DNA of 64,000 bases from Octopus bimaculoides (taxonomy: Eukaryota), in the NCBI RefSeq assembly GCF_001194135.2, contig NC_068982.1, positions 27,750,270-27,814,269 on the forward strand, in the 5' to 3' direction. Numbering within the stretch: the first letter of the stretch is position 1; each line of letters opens with the position of its first letter. The notes under the pieces were generated by a model. The model ran no database searches. It was not told the DNA's origin and worked only from the letters and a program-made list of their open reading frames with translations. Positions 62,657-64,000 of this stretch are shown here, one piece after another. Both the position numbers and the translations under genes were made by a program.

Positions 62657-62884
62657 TTAACCCTTTAATACTCAGATTACTTTGTCAAATGTAATGCTTA
62701 TTTATTCACATTGTTTTGAATTAATCATGCATTATTTTGTGGCTTTGAGATTTAAGTGATGCGATTGTCTATTTTTAGAGTGACATGTAAGATAGGGGTG
62801 AGAGGCTGGATCTAGTCAGTTTGCAAATAAAACAAGTAGGATATTTCAGGTTGGATATGGCCAGTTTAAATGTTAAAGGGTTGA
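62657..62884. mobile_element. piggyBac-type MITE, full length
   Basis: ttaa-ccctttaatactcag ... tttaaatgttaaaggg-ttga. Confidence 0.75.
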
Positions 62885-64000
62885 TTAGAATTAAACAACA
62901 GAACAATAATTAAAATTGCATTTTACATCTCTGAAATTGCTTATTACTAAAAGTTTTAGTTAACCAGACTTATTCTACACATTGTTTTTCTAACTATACC
63001 ACATTTCTAATGATACACTATACAATAATGGTCCTACATCATTATTTTATAGTTGGTTTTTCCATGCCTGAATGAACAAAAGTTTTCTCCATTACAGTCT
63101 CACCACTTATTGCAGTCTTTAATCATCTCTTCTGTGAGGTTCAATCCTAAGTTTAGCCCTAATCCCTTTTTTCCCTATGTCTTCAACAGTCTACCTATTC
63201 TGCAGGTTTGTTTCTCTTGGATCATTAAGCACTTTGTTTTGCTCCAATACCATCCTCCATATACACCACTTGTCCAAACCAGCACACAACTACAAAAACT
63301 CTTCTGTTCTCTTGCATACAACTACTGCAACTTATTTTAAGTTTTTTCCCCTCAACTCACAACACAACTTCTTACACCCAGTTTTCTTTTGTTTTAATCA
63401 ATTCATTTGTAATCTACATCCATTCACACTAACATTACATACTCCACATTCAATGCCATGCATTACTATCATGCAATATTGCACTTCGAACACAAACATC
63501 ATACAATTTATCATCCAAGTATCAAAGAGAATCCCTTTATTGTCAGCAGAAGTAACAGCTCCTAAATATGTTTTAATTGATTTTGAAATCCCTAAAAAGT
63601 CTGATGTTATTTACTAAACAGCCGATCCATTAAACATAGATTCTGAATGCAAACCCAGCTGAAGATTATGTGTGTGTGTGTGTGGTCTTTTTTTGTGTTA
63701 AATATGACAATCTTTTGCCTGATTTAGCACCACCCAATAGCTGACCCTTGGGTATCTTTAGGGGAGTTCACTCTGGATCTCTTCCTCTCAACAGTCTTGG
63801 AGGACCTAAAAGGAAAGCAGCCATGAGAACTGCCATTCTTCCTCCAGCCAAACTATTAAAAAATTATTTTACCATGCCAGAAAAGGTTGGGTAGATCCAC
63901 TCAACAAAGCAAAACAAAAAAATTTTGATTTTCATTTTATCTGTTAGGCCTATCATCCTAAGATTTCATTTCCTCTTACACTTTGACCAATTCAATAGCA

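Noticed and set aside
63053-63617. 95-aa and 146-aa plus-strand ORFs
   Set aside because: Low-complexity composition and no recognisable motif; likely a decayed repeat. No further IQGAP exon found in 62638-64000.
1-64000. CRISPR arrays, rRNA, tRNA genes or prokaryotic operons
   Set aside because: None seen; tRNA-like boxes occur only as SINE heads and the sequence is spliced eukaryotic DNA.

Overview
AT-rich eukaryotic DNA. The SINE and MITE families resemble those I know from octopus, so a coleoid cephalopod source is my inference. Most of the window (8847-62637, minus strand) is a multi-exon IQGAP-family scaffold gene. I traced 33 GT-AG exons by hand; they join in frame into 4146 nt (1381 aa + stop) covering the internal repeats, WW, four IQ motifs, the RasGAP-related domain (GRD) and the RasGAP_C tail. 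The N-terminal CH-domain exons were not found and probably lie beyond 64000. A solitary, intronless, divergent histone H2B gene with a 3' stem-loop (1781-2143, plus) faces it tail-to-tail. The rest holds two decayed full-length mariner transposons, tRNA-like SINEs, piggyBac-type and Tigger-type MITEs, LINE remnants, microsatellites and four N gaps. Best leads: a candidate 6-nt neural-type microexon and a 111-nt cassette/terminal exon in the largest IQGAP intron, both inserting just before the GRD arginine-finger loop; an H2B variant with LLPGE changed to LIRGQ; a SINE inserted in frame in a mariner transposase; and several intronic fold-backs that could be ADAR substrates. All coordinates were counted by hand; repeat boundaries are approximate and no transcript evidence was available.
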